64,000 bases of DNA from Octopus sinensis (GCF_006345805.1 NC_043003.1:86800001-86864000); one strand, 5' to 3'. Shown: positions 11,775 to 25,331, numbered from the stretch's first letter. Notes: a model not told the origin generated them from the letters alone. Numbers and translations are program-made.

Positions 11775-14700
11775 CAGTAGTCTTATTTTTATCACGTGCT
11801 TTCACTGCACTCCCGAGCGCAGCTCTATGTGCCTTGGGTATGTGTTGTAGTTTGTTGTGATTCTCTTATTTTTACTGTATTGAAAGTGATTTACGTAGGG
11901 TGTGTGAGGTACCTAGTGGTACTATTTTCTGTATGTTATATATACTTGTTAGTCCTGGTGTTTTTGTTATGTATCTATCTGAAATTTTTTTATCAAACCT
12001 AATGCGCCTATGATAGGAATCGTTTCTGTTTTTAGATTTCACATTCAAGCTACTTGTTTCCAGATCTTTGCATTTTGAAAGTTTCTCCGTTTCTTTTAGA
12101 GAAACATTGTCATCTGTTGGTATTAATACATCGATTAGAAAGCATTTTTTTTTCTTGGTGATCTCTGACAACTATATCCGGCCTATTGATCTTAATTTTT
12201 CTATCTGTGTGTATTGGCGTATCCCAGAGTATGGTTCCTTTCTCGTTTTCTGTGACCTTTTTGGCGTGTGTCTATACCATCTTTTTCTATTGTTATTCCA
12301 TGGTGTTGGCATAGCTTCCAGTGTATATAGGTCCCAAACTCTGTCGTGTCTGTGAATATATTCCTTCTTAACAGGACTGGGCAGCCAGAGACAATATGAT
12401 TTATTGTTTCTTCTCCATCTCCACATATTCTGCAATTACTTGTATTTCTTTTCATTACATGTTTTGATAATTTCTAGTGTGAAGGCATTGATCTTGTGCT
12501 GCAATTAAAAATCCTTCAGTTTCTGTTTTGAGTTCTGAGCTTCTCAGCCATTGTTGGGATTTTGTTTGTCTAATTTTTCTGTTTAGTTTAATCCAGTATT
12601 TGTCATGAAGAGGCTTTTCCTGCCATCGTTTTATCGTGGTCCGTTGATGCTCCAGTTTTAGTTTGGATTTCAGTTGTTTTACAGCTTTCATTGTATCATC
12701 TTTTTCTTCATAGTTGTTAGGTACTATGACTTCTTTTTTTTTTTTTTGTATTAGTCAGCTTCCATAAAGACTGAAAACAGTCTTTTTGTGTGTTCGTAAT
12801 TTGTGGCTATTTGTATTAGTTTTCTTTGCTTCTGAAGTAGATATTTCTGTAGTCCTATAGTGGTTATTTTGTAATAGCTTTGTAGCTGTATAAGGTTTCT
12901 ACCACCTTCGATACATTGTGTATATAACCTTTTTATGACAGATTTTTCTTGTTTTCCTGTCTATTTTGATTAGTTCATTTAGAATCCAGTTAAAAATATT
13001 GTAGTTGTAACTTATAACTGGGACGGCTAGTGTGTTGATACCTATTATCTTGTTTTTCGCATTGAGCTCCGTTTTCAGTATTAATCTAACTCGTCTATAG
13101 TATTCTTTTCTTATCTTCTCTTTCATTTGTGTGTTGTATCGTATCTCGTTCATTGATTCCTAAGTATTTGTACGTCTGGCTTTGGTCTAATAATCTTATT
13201 TCATTTGTTTTATCAAGTGTGATGTTACTACTCTTAACTAATCTTCCTCTTTTCAATGTTGCTTAGGCATGGCACATATTTCTAAGCAAAATTTCACGTT
13301 TATTTCTTTGGTAAATCCATGTACTGTATGTAGTAATGTTTCTAACTGTTTATCATTTGTATCGTACAGTTTTTGATCATCCATATATAAGAGGTGGCTG
13401 ATTGGTTTACCGTAACAGTTGTATCTACATCCAGTTCTGTTTAGCATGTCAGATAAAGGTGTTAGAGTGCCACGCAGAAACAGAGTTGAGAGAGCGTGTT
13501 TCCATGGAATATTCCTCTTCTAATGGGGATGGCTTTGGTTTTTATAAGTCCCTCTTTGTCTGGAGCTGTAGCACTGTCTGCCATTTATTCATGGAATGTT
13601 TTATATATCTCATGATTATTGGTGCTACCTTGTTCGTGGCTAGTGTTTCTAGGATTCATGTGTAGAGAATACTATCAAAAGCCTTTCGGTAATAGATCCA
13701 GGCTATAGTTATGGCTTTATTGATCAGTAGCTGATCTTTTCAGCCGTATGAGCCCTTGCAGCATCCCTTCTGCTCTTCTGGAAACAGATTGCTTTCTTTC
13801 AGATGTTTGCTCATTCTCTGCGATATTATTGCAGTGAAGGCTTTATAAATTGTAGGGAGACAAGTCATCGGTCTGTATTTTTGTGGGTTTGCCGTTTCAG
13901 TGGATTTGGGGATTAGGATAGTTTTCCCTTCTGTGAGCCATTCAGGCATTGTCTCTGGCTTTGCTAGTATTTCATTAAAATTCTCAGCCAGCTTTTTACT
14001 GGTTGTTATATTTTTTTGTGCCACTCCAACTTCCATTTCCCTTTTAAATTTCCGTAACCAGTCTGCTTTTATATTATGCTGGACTTCTTTGTTCCAAATG
14101 TTTGCCCAGAATTTCCTTGCTGCTGCAGCATCTGGCATATCATTTCACTGAAGTTTCTTTCTTTTTTTTTTCATCGTTCTGTTGTTTATAGAATTTTCTT
14201 TCATTGTTCTTAAAGACCCTGTTCTGCTGGTACTTATGTGTTCTCTGTTGGTATTTGTTTGTTTTGTTTTTTCACCCAATACTCCTTCTTTAACTATTTG
14301 CAGTCCTTTTTGTCTCATGGTCTACTTCCTTTGCAGTTCGTTCTTGAGTCTTACCTTCACTCTCTTCTTTTCTATGATCGCATTTATCCGTTCAAGGTCT
14401 CTCTTGAAGCGTTCAATTTGGTTCTCAAGCCTTCGTTCCCATCATGGAGCTTTGTTCTTTTTTTCCCTTTGACTTTTAATCCCAAGGGTCTGCACAATGA
14501 CAGAGGTTGCGTGGTATATAAGGTTGTTTAGATCTATTATTTTCGATGTAGATTTTTATTAACAGTTCATCTTTTACACTACTTTACATAATTTTTCCTC
14601 TTTCGATTCCTCTTAGAGCTGATAGCCTCTTTCTTTTGCTACTTCGTACCTCATTCAGATGTAGTAGTAAGCTTCTTTTTTTTTCTCCTTGTAACAGTCT

Positions 14701-15120
14701 TTCCCTTCACAAAGTAAAATTTACCTTCATTCGGACAGCTGTTTCTGTTGTGGGGAGTTATTACTTCATCTATTAATCCCTGTTCTTGTTGTACTTTTTT
14801 TCTTCGTGTTCAACGTAGTCATGTTCATATCCTTTCACTATTGTGATCACTTCCACTTCCAACCAGGAAAGCTACTGCCTTTTCACGATTAAATTTCTCT
14901 TATCTGAAAGTCTTTGCTCCGTGATAGGGAGTCTTTTTCTCTCCAAATTTTATGCTTTCTTTAGCATTTCATTACAGTTCTATTGTCGTTTTGAGTCTAT
15001 TTTCTATTAAGTTTTGTAACAGTATTTGGATAGCGACCGGGTCCATCCTGCTACACAGTGAAACACTTACCATGCAAGAGACCATCACTCGGGGTTCGGG
15101 TCTCATGAACGCAGTTGTGA
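11775..15120 (-). mobile_element. R4/Dong-like non-LTR retrotransposon (RT + CCHC + restriction-like endonuclease), frameshifted
   Basis: KYRPMTCLPTIYK, EEQKGC, HLLYMDD, TEGFLIAAQDQ, CRICG..ETINHIVSGC, RHD, RPDI...CFLIDV in collinear order. Confidence 0.85.
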
Positions 15121-16015
15121 TAATTTTTATTAGGCATTATGCTCATAAAAAGGACTGTTAACTTTCACTTTCATCATTTTGGAGTTGATAAACTAAGATA
15201 CCAGTCAATTACTGTACTACAGAGTGTGTTGACTAACATTCTCCCATCATAATTACAGGCCTTATGTTTAAATCAGAAATCGCTAATACCACTTTCATTT
15301 TGGTACTTTCACAAGGAAAAAATGCCAAAATGTTGCTGCTGTTGTTATCATTATTATTATTGCACTTTATGCGCAGATCATTTCTGCACGAATAGTCTTA
15401 AAGCTCATCAGTAACTGGTTAAATGAAGCGTTCGGGAGAGATATTCGATGGCTAAATCAGATAAGAGTGTCTACTGAAATTGAAGCTATGAATATTCCGT
15501 TTAGTGAAATTGCTAATTTAATGCATGAAACTCAAAGCATTGTTCAGTAATAAATTACTATTTTAATTTAAGAAAAGCAATTTCCCATTGTATTTTTCAA
15601 TCTCTCTCTGTCCTTCTCTCTCTCTCTCCCTCCTTTTCTCTCTCCCTCTCTTTCTCTCTCCCTCTCTCTCTCTCTCTAGATCTCTAGATCTCTAGATATA
15701 TACATATAAACTGGCATTCCGGCGGATATGACCACAAAGCTTCCAGCTGATACGATGACCGGAGCAGCCTACTCGTAAAATTAACGTGCAAGTGGCTGAG
15801 CACTCCACAGACACGGGTACCGTTAACATAATTCACGGAAACATTCAGTGGGACACAGAATGTGACAAAACTGGCTCCTTTGAATTACAAATACTACTCG
15901 TTTTTGCCTGCTGGGTTGACGTTAAGAAAAGTATCTTGCTCAAGGACACAACGTACCGCCGGGAATCGAACACACGTCCTTACAATCTTGAGTAGAAAAC
16001 CCTGATTACTAAGCC

Positions 16016-16130
16016 ACATACATACATACATACATACATACATACATACATACATACATACATACATACATACATACATACATACATACATACATACATA
16101 CATACGTACGTACATACGTGCGTGCGTACA
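16016..16130. repeat. (TACA)n microsatellite
   Basis: Direct reading. Confidence 0.95.
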
Positions 16131-16329
16131 TACATCATTCAGAACCTTACTGAACCAACGAAGGACCTCTGCATTGTCACTCGATCTGCGAGAAATGGCA
16201 GGCAAATCGCAGTCAAACCAGACACCACTTGTCTCATGGATAGGATTATATATTGGTTGGTGCGATCCTCGATGTTCTATATCTAAATTGAAGACAGAAG
16301 GATTATGGTTAAAATATCTTGATCAGAAC

Positions 16330-16692
16330 TTTTGTGAGAATAAGCAACCAATCAGATCAAATTCTGGATTATTATGAGAGCTCCAAATCTCTTGTGGCAG
16401 CGTCAAATATATGTACAAATATATGGGAAACTACCACCTGTATCATCTCTTGTGAAAGGTAGAAGAGTCCAGTTTGCTGGACATTGTTGCAGAGCTGAAA
16501 ACGAGGTAATTTCTACTCTTCTCCTCTGGAAGCCATATGCTCGCGATACCAGAGGGCGCACACTCTCCTACACTGATGTAATCTCCAGGAATACAGGCAT
16601 CCAGCAACAGGACCTCCATTATGCTACGATGGACGTAACATAGTAAATTCCATTCTTTCGACCACGGTCGAACAATGATGATGATGATGATG
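16330..16692 (+). mobile_element. RTE/RTEX-like LINE 3' end
   Basis: RRVQFAGHCCR..LLLWKP..RGRTLSY.DVISR followed by a (GAT)n tail. Confidence 0.65.
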
Positions 16693-16990
16693 GATTATTT
16701 ATTCCTCCATGAAAATGATTGATGAATCCAAAACTGCTTGTGGTTCAATCAATTCTGAAAATAATAAAGAAGATAGTGAAATAACTGTCTAGTTATTAAC
16801 CTGTTGTTTTGGACATAAATGAAAATAAAATTCTGATGGAAAGGTTTTAAGATAACTTTAAACAGTTTATATCACAACGCTTGGGAAGGTCTGAAGCTAG
16901 TTGATATCGAAAGGCTAATCTCAAAAGAATTGAATTATCAAGATTGTGTCATTTTTCTCTCTGAATCAAAACAAATAATATAATAATATA

Positions 16991-17188
16991 GGCGTAGGAG
17001 TGGCTGTGTGGTAAGTAGCTTGCTTACCAACCACATGGTTCCGGGTTCAGTCCCACTGCGCGGCACCTTGGGCAAGTGTCTTCTACTATAGCCTCGGGTC
17101 GACCAAATCCTTGTGAGTGGATTTGGTAGGCGGAAACTGAAAGAAGTCCGTCGTATATGTGTATGTATATATATATGTATATATATAT

Positions 17189-17281
<93 letters not shown>

Positions 17282-17543
17282 ATATCGTATGTATGTATGT
17301 ATGTATGTATGTGTGTATATATGTTTGTGTGTCTGTGTTTGTCCCCCCAACATCGTTTAACAACCGATGCTGGTGTGTTTACGTCCCCCGTAACTTAGCG
17401 GTTCGGCAAAAAAGACCGATAGAATAAGTACTATGCTTACAAAGAATAGGTCCTGGGGGCGATTTGCGCGACTAAAAAAAAAAAAGGCGGTGCTCCAGCA
17501 TGACCACAGTCAAATGACTGAAACAAGTAAAAGAGAGTAAAAG
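16991..17543 (+). mobile_element. tRNA-derived SINE family A (CORE-like), with a central microsatellite; other copies at about 18542-18967, 21643-21925, 26824-27385, 45195-45575, 52595-52965, 53215-53620, 60105-60450 (+) and 2351-2540, 28625-28766, 39660-40050 (-)
   Basis: A/B-box head TGGCTGTGTGG...GGTTCAGTCCC, CCTTGGGCAAGT motif, tail TGACTGAAACAAGTAAAAG. Confidence 0.85.
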
Positions 17544-19185
17544 CGAATATAGAATATAATTCAGAAAACGTTTAAAAGTCATTTCAACTAATTTTTCTGA
17601 AATATTTCTGTTACGTTTTAGATTTTATTTATTTATTTATTCATTTATTTATTCATTTATTTATTTATTTTGTCCCTCTAACATATATCTAAAACGTTAT
17701 CATTTATAGTGACAAGACACAGAGCACCAAAAACTACAATTCTACAGATCTTAAAAGGAATTTTATATTGATAGATTATCGGTCGGAGCAAAATGGAAGA
17801 TGTGTTGTAATTTTATTTTTTGGCGTGGGAAGGAATCTTTCAGAAAGGAAAAAAAAAAAGTCAGATAACGATGAAATGTCAAAACATAATTGCTATATTT
17901 CTAAGAATAAACGTAGAAAGGGAAAATATTGAGACACATCGATACGAAGATATTTATTCGTATTTTTGCATTGCAGTATTTTATTGACAATCAGATAACA
18001 ACATGCTTCATGGCTGATACGTATTGAATATTTTCACTTCTCGTAAAATGATTGTGTCTTCTTTTTCTTTCTTTTTGTGGTGAGCAGGTGGGGTGAGGTG
18101 GGGCAATTCGGCAAAAGGCTTCGGATTTATTTCACACGAAATAAACTGTTTAGATACAAAGTTATCAAACAAGTATAAAAGTTTTCGAGACCGTGTACTA
18201 CCGACTTCAATTATACATATGGAGACTATGGTTACGACTTCAAAATCTGGTTTTAGTAATTTTTAGACTGGCTAAATCAGACTTCGCCAAACTGCCTAAT
18301 GTTTATCTTTTAATCTTCCAAACGTTTCCTATATTTCGCCGTATGTTTTGAAGTCTCAGAAGCTTTCCTACATTTCACTCTCCGACATTATCGCTACATT
18401 TAAGGCTCGATTTACAATTCACCACAGTCTAACATTCTTCTTTATATTCATTCAATTTTCTTAAAAATCAGCTTACTTCTACAACCTTCCATACTTTTAT
18501 ATGGTTCTCACCACCACCCATACTTTATTTTATTTATTCCAGGGGTGTCTGTGTGCTAAAAAAAACTTGCTTCCCAACCACATGGTTCTGGGTTCAGTCC
18601 CACTGCGTGGCACCTAGGGCAAGCGCCTTTAAATATCTCCAGGCCGACAAAGCCTTGTAAGCTGAGCTGGTTGGCGGAAACTGAAAGAAGCCTGTCGTTT
18701 ACACACATTCACGCGCGCGCGCACACACATAATTAAGTGTGTGTGTGTCTTTGTGTTTGAGTTAGTTCCCCCCATCACCGCTTAACACTCACTGTTGGTA
18801 TGTTTACGTCCCCGTGATTAGCGGTTCGGCAAAGAGATCGTTTCAATAAGTACCATGCTTTAAAAAAGAATAAGAATTGAAGTCGATTCATTCGTCTAAA
18901 AGTTCTTCAAGGCGGTGCTCCAGCATGGCCACAGTCTAATGACTGAAACAAGTAAAAGATAAAAGATATTTGCATTTCTTTCAATAATGGCGCCTTCTCC
19001 GTATACAACACAACAAATGTCTCGAGCGACTTTGGCAGCTTTGAAATTTTGATTAAAATAAAGAGACTTGGCACCCCATCGTCATACGTCTAAAAAGAGG
19101 TATAATTTATTTGAATTTCGAAGTCAATAAACAAAACAACTTCTTGTAGGAGAATAGCGCTACAAAAAGAAAAAAACACATAATA

Positions 19186-20055
19186 CGAGGTGGTATCAAA
19201 AAGTTCGCAGACTAGTTCTGTAGCGCGTCAACAAATAGCAGCACACGGTTGCCTGTGCAATGAGAGCTAGCAGTGACCTTCAAGACACAGTGCACCGCGC
19301 TACACTGCTGTGTTTACTTCGCAAGTTGTGAAATTTGTGTTTTTGTGATCAGGTGTTTGCGATTTTTGGTCATAGACAGGAATTTGGAACAAAGAGCCAA
19401 TGTAAAATATTGTGTTAAACTTGGGAAGACTGCTACTGAGATATTGAGCATGCTTTGGCAAGGCTACAACGACGAGGCAATGGTTTGTTCGGAATGGTTC
19501 AAGTGGCACGAATGCTTCAAAAGGCACGACAGAGCCGCAGCGCAATAAGAGCATGTTCGTCATTTTTTTCGACATCTGCAGTATTGTGACCATCTAGAAT
19601 TCGTTCCCCAGGACCAGATCGTCGATCGAGAGTTCTACTACGATGTTTTGAAGCGTTTGAGGGAAGACATTCGGCGAAAGCGACCGGATCTGTGAAGCTC
19701 GAAGAATTGGATTTTTCACCGAGCACTCCTCACTCGGGAGCTACTCGCCAAAAACAACATGGTATCATTCCGTACCCGCCTTATTCGCCAGATTTAGCAT
19801 CTGCTGACTTCCCTTTCTTCCCCGAGATGAATATCTAGCTCAAAGGTTGCCGTTTTAATATCGTTGCCGAAATCAAGAGCAAATCACAGGTCCTCGACTC
19901 GCTTACGGAAAACGATTTTCAGGCCGGATTCCAAAAGTGACAGGAACGCTAGGACCGGTGTATTGCTGCGCCAGGAGACTATTTCGAAGGAGATGATGTT
20001 GAAACTTATTTCTTATTAAATATAACTAATCCGAGAACTTTTAGATACCACCTTA
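19186..20055 (+). mobile_element. Internally deleted mariner element
   Basis: TA-flanked TIRs CGAGGTGGTATC / GATACCACCTTA; EQRANVKYCVKLGKTATE N-terminus and SPDLA..DF, GDYFEGD remnants. Confidence 0.88.
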
Positions 20056-20166
20056 TATATTACCATAAAAATATTTTCTACGTTAATCCAAACAACATTG
20101 GAAAGTAAGGAACGAATTTATCTGAGGAACCTATACACAGGTGCATGTGTTTGTGTGAATGGAAGT

Positions 20167-20204
<38 letters not shown>

Positions 20205-20691
20205 AGATATATACAAATGAGTCCTGATTACAACTTTAAACTGCATCCGGTAATGGTGCCATGGTACAGCAGTTCCAGAGTCTTGAGGTGTGTAAAACCA
20301 CCTTGTCACCATTATTACTTCCAGGTCTACTCTGACCCGGATTAGTAGCTCTAATTAGGGTTTCAGTTATGGGTTAATTTGCATGTGAACTACTAGGAGT
20401 GAAAGACCTCTAGTCCTCGTTAGAACTTACTTCTGGGAGTAAACTTGTACAAGAACAAAAGGAAAAGAAAATCTGAGTTGCAGTGTTGATTTCTAGTCAT
20501 TTCAACCTCTGTTGTGCCACTGGTTTTACAGCTGACTGCGCTGAAAGGTGGGTTCAGTGTCGTGCAACACATTGGCCACTCAAATTTGTTTCTTTATTGA
20601 CCACAGGGGGTTAAACATAGAGGGGAGAAACAGGGACAAAGGGACTAGGTCGATTACATCAATCCCAGTGCGTAACTGGTACTTATTTAAT

Positions 20692-21105
20692 CGACTCCCT
20701 TTGGGCTGAAAAACGCGACACAATTCTTCTAACGCCTGACACTTTGTGCAGAGGTCTCGATTTTGTCTTTGCACACTTAGATGATATCCTTATTGCAAGC
20801 CCAAACGCAGAGCTATATAAGAAGCACCTAGTGACTCTTTTTGATAGGCTGGCACAGTATGGTTTAGTAATCAACCCCGCCAAGTGCGTTTTTGGTGCGA
20901 CAGAAATCAACTTCTTGGGGCATCAAATCACCCCTGCCAGAAAAAGTAAAAGCTATCCTACCCTTTCCACGCCTCACCACAAGCAAGGCTCTATATCAAT
21001 TCGTGGGTATGGTAAACTTTTACCATCGCTTCATCCCTTCCGCAGAAAAAGTGATGACACCCCTACACAAGGTGCTGTCAAAAGATTGTTCAAAAAGACA
21101 GGTGG
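20692..21105 (+). mobile_element. Gypsy/Ty3 reverse transcriptase fragment
   Basis: PFGLKNA, LDDILIAS, KCVFG..INFLGHQI, FVGMVNFYHRFIP. Confidence 0.9.
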
Positions 21106-21173
21106 AGTGGAATCGAAACCGCCATCCTACGACCGCGAGTCCGCTGCCCTAACCACTGGGCCATTGCGCCTCC

Positions 21174-21215
<42 letters not shown>

Positions 21216-24200
21216 GGGGGGAGAGAGAAAGGGTACATATGCACTCGTAAATTCACCCTTCAACAGACTAATTAAGAAATAGGTGTTTGTGTGGATGCAA
21301 AGATATTTCAATTATAGAGAGTATTATGTCGCCATCGCCCAGTTTCCTTGTCTTATATAAGCCATTAAAAAACCACTGTTTACACTGGGAAGCAGCCTTC
21401 ACACAAATAAATTCTGCCTAAAGAGAAAAGACATTTTCTTTTTTTTATTATATTGTTCAGTTATATCACTAATCGCCTGTCGTTTATAGGTATCCATGCA
21501 CATACACACACAACAAACACACTTGATGCGTGTGCATGTGTGTGTGACAGCGTATTTGTGTATGCATGTATACACATATATATGTGAGTATGTATGTAAG
21601 TATAAGTACTTATATATATATATGCTTATATGTATATATATAGGTGCAGGAGTGGCTGTGTGGTAAGTAGCCTTGTTTACCAACCACATGATTCCGGGTT
21701 CAGTCCCACTGCGTGGCACCTTGGGCAAGTGTCTAGCCCCGGGCCGACCAATGCCTTGTGAGTGGATTTGGTAGACGGAAACTGAAAGAAGCCCGTCGTA
21801 TATATGTATATATATATGTTTGTGTGTCTGTGTTTGTCCCTCTAGCATTGCTTGACAACCGATGCTGGTGTGTTTACGTCCCCGTAACTTAGCGGTTCGG
21901 CAAAAGAGACCGATAGAATAAGTACACTTTATTTCACGATGCTCCAGTTCACTCAGCTGTAGAAAAATGAGTTGCGACGTCACAGGTGCCAAGCTCTATC
22001 GACCTTTGCCTTTCCCTTGGATAACATCAGTGGTGTGTAGAGGGGAGGATGGTATGCATGGGCGACTGCTGGCCTTCCATAAACAACCTTGTTCAGGCTT
22101 GTGCCTCGGAGGTAACTTTCTAGGTGCAATCCCATGGTCATTCATGACCGAAGGGGTCTCCTCCATAAAATTTAATTAGAGGATATGTTAACCTCGTAAA
22201 GGGATGGTTACATTCAAGGAAATACTGGTTCAATACCTAAATTTAATGGGGAATGAAATTCCCTTAAAACAATCTACTATAATAATACTCTTGTGTTTTT
22301 CTCTGTCACAACATATGAATGAGAACGGAAGGGTTGATAGATGAATAAGAAAGGAAGAGGTGGTGGCAAACGCTCTGTGTGAAACGCTCTCACACAGGGT
22401 GTTTCAATTCTGCGTGAGTATGTGTGTATATGTAAAAGAGAAGTATGTGATTGTGTGTGTGTGTGTGCAATGGAAGTGGGATGGTGAACATTCAACACTG
22501 AAAAGAAAAATCAAACAGCGTTTCAACTCTGTGTGAGTATATCTGTGTACATGTGTGCATCTACAAGAGAAGTATGTGAATGTTTCTATGTTTGAACCTG
22601 TGTTCGTTCAGTAACAAACGATGATCGATGTTACATAACAAGAGACAACTACTAGATAACAATCACAGGTGTATTAATTTGATCTACCATCCATATTTAT
22701 GTATAAAATACTACAATTAGCCATCATTTTCAACGGCGCAGTGTCAGTTGGTGGGTATGTATTAAGTATATAGTTTATATCCAGTTAAATGAAGAAAAGA
22801 AAATAGAGAGTAGGAAGTTAATAGTTATTTATTAACAAATTGGTGATCTTTACTTCTTACAGCTGTTTCAATTAATACTCAATAATCTAATTACAAATTT
22901 GTAATTAAATTATGGACCATTAATTGAAACGGCTGTAAGAAGTAAAGATGACCAATTTGTTATTAATAAATAATGAACTACCTACTCTCCATTTTCTTTT
23001 CTTCATTTAACTGTGTATGTATATATATATGGCTTCTGTGCCGGTGGCACATAAAAAGCACCATCCGAACGTGGCCGATGCCAGCGCCGCCTTGACTGGC
23101 TTCTGTGCCGGTGGCACATAAAATGCACCAACCGATCGTGGCTGATGCCAGACCCCCCCTGGCACCTGTGCAGGTGACACGTAAAAAGCACCCACTACAC
23201 TCGCAGAGTGGTTGGCATTAGGAAGGGTATCCAGCTGTAGAAACACTGCCAAATCAGACTGGAGCCTGGTGCAGCCCCTGGCTTCCCAGACTCCAGTCGA
23301 ACCGTCCAACCCATGCTAGCACAGAAAACAGACGTTAAACGATGATGATGATGATGATATGTGTGTGTGTGTATGATATATTTTCCATTACATTTCAGAT
23401 TCAGCACAGAGTTGCTGAAGCAGAAATGTTATAGCAATTATTCTGCTCAGTATCACAGATTTTCTTGACCTTAAACACTTGAGCAGGTTTCTTAGTGGTT
23501 GACGATATGTGCATCTCTGATCATGAGCAGAAGTAATGAGGGAGCATCATAGCCATGTGTTGAGAGGGATTCTTTGGGGTTTGAATAAATGTAACAAAAT
23601 CAAAGTCTGAAGGAAATATTGGCTATTATTCATACTTTCTAGGGGTAAACAAACGGCAAATAGTAGTTGCTCCCCATGAACAAGAGTAATGTTAGTGGTA
23701 CTGGTCATTTTGGGAAGCCAGAATAGCAGTTTTACATAGACACTTTTTTCTGAAGCAAAAGGGATAGCTTTGATTAGAAATGTTCACACCTCTTCAAGCT
23801 ATTATTAGAATCTAAAGTGAATTAATTTTATCTAGGAACTGAAATGTGGTTGCACTGCACGTTTAATTGGTCTTGTTACTGTAGAAGTAACAAGAATTTT
23901 GTATGACTAAGCACAAAGGCAATTTACATTTGACAGATGTATGTATTTCATAAATTCGACAAGAGGAGTAAAAGACCAAGTCAAGAGAGATGGGCTTTGG
24001 TACTGGATTGATATAAAATACTAAGGCATGTAGGCATGGTGTCAGGTTCTGCTGTTTTTAACAATGATAATAATAATTCTTTCTACTATAGGCACAAGGC
24101 CTGAAATTTTGGGGGAAGTGACTAGTTGATAACATTGACTCCAATGTTTCATTGGTACTTACTTAATATATCAACCATAAAAGGATGAAAGGCAAAGTTG

Positions 24201-24871
24201 ACTTCAGCAGATTTTGAAATCAGAACATAAAGACACAAAATGTTGCTAAGCATTTTGCCCAATTTTATAAATGATTCATTCAGCTCACTGTCTTAATGAT
24301 AATAATAATCCTTTCTACTATAGGCACAAGGCCTGAAATTTTAGAGGGGACTAGTTAATTACATTAACCCCAGCATTTCATCAAACCCCAAAGGCATGAA
24401 AGGCAAAAATCAACCTCAGCAGAATTTGAACCCAGAACATGAAGATGGACGAAATATTGAGCATTTTGCCTGGCATGCTACCGATTCTCCCAGCTTGCCA
24501 CCTTAACAATGATAATAATAATAATGGTTTCAAAATATGCCACCAGGGCAGCAATATGGGAAGAGGGCATGAGCTGATTACCCCAGTACTCAACTGGTAC
24601 TTAATTTAACAACCCCGAAAAGATGAAAGGTAAAGCTGTCCTTGGCAGAATTTAAACTCAGAATGTAGCAACAGGTGAAATACTGCTAAGCCTTTTGCCC
24701 AGCATGCTGATGAATCTGCTGGCTTGCCACCTAGGACAATGATAATAATAATGGTTTCAAATTCTACCACAAGGACAGCACTTTTGGGGGAAGGGATGAA
24801 TTGATTACATTGACCCCAAATGGTACTTAATTTATCAACCCCGAAAGGATGAAAGGTAAAGTTGACCTCCC

Positions 24872-25190
24872 TGTGTCAGTGGCACGTAAAAAGCACCATC
24901 CGATCGTGTCTGTTGCCAGCCTCGCCTGGCCCCCATGCCGGTGGCACGTAAAAAGCACCATCCGACCGTGGCCGTTTGCCAGCCCCGTCTGGCAACTGTG
25001 CCGGTGGCACGTAAAAAGCACCCACTACACTCACGGAGTGGTTGGCGTTAGGAAGGGCATCCAGCTGTAGAAACACTGCCAGATCAGACCGGGCCTGGTG
25101 CAGCCTCCTGGCTTCCCAAACCCCAGTTGAACCGTCCAACCCATGCTAGCATGGAAAGCGGAGGCTAAATGATGATGATGATGATGATGA
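24872..25190 (+). mobile_element. RTE 3'-UTR/tail element; other copies (+) at about 23030-23358, 26005-26282, 35995-36497, 42425-42817, 60455-60610 and (-) at about 34105-34345, 38880-39085, 44752-44915, 49285-49560, 55383-55590, 57960-58260, 58500-58830
   Basis: Same sequence as the 3' UTR of the RTE at 29340-30573 (GGAAGGGCATCCAGC...CCATGCTAGCATGG...AAACGATGATG). Confidence 0.85.
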
Positions 25191-25325
25191 ACATAGTGAC
25201 AGGTGAAATACCACTATGCATTTCGTCCAGCACACTAACAATTCTGCCAGCTTTCCACCTTGTACAATGATAATAATAATAATAATAAATTAATAAAAAC
25301 AATTCAAATAGAAATATAGAAAAAA

Positions 25326-25331
25326 TTTATT
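25326..25331 (-). terminator. Candidate polyadenylation signal of Nup54
   Basis: AATAAA on the minus strand about 140 nt after the stop, followed by a T-rich tract. Confidence 0.45.

Noticed and set aside
15020-15125. HDV-like ribozyme at the 5' end of the R4/Dong element
   Set aside because: Only a GAGACC/GGTCTC hairpin is evident; I could not place P2, P3 and P1.1 in the required nested order
24872-25025. CRISPR-like repeat-spacer look of the GTGCCGGTGGCACGTAAAAAGCACC arrays
   Set aside because: The linkers are homologous to each other, the array is part of an RTE 3' UTR, and there are no cas genes in this eukaryotic context
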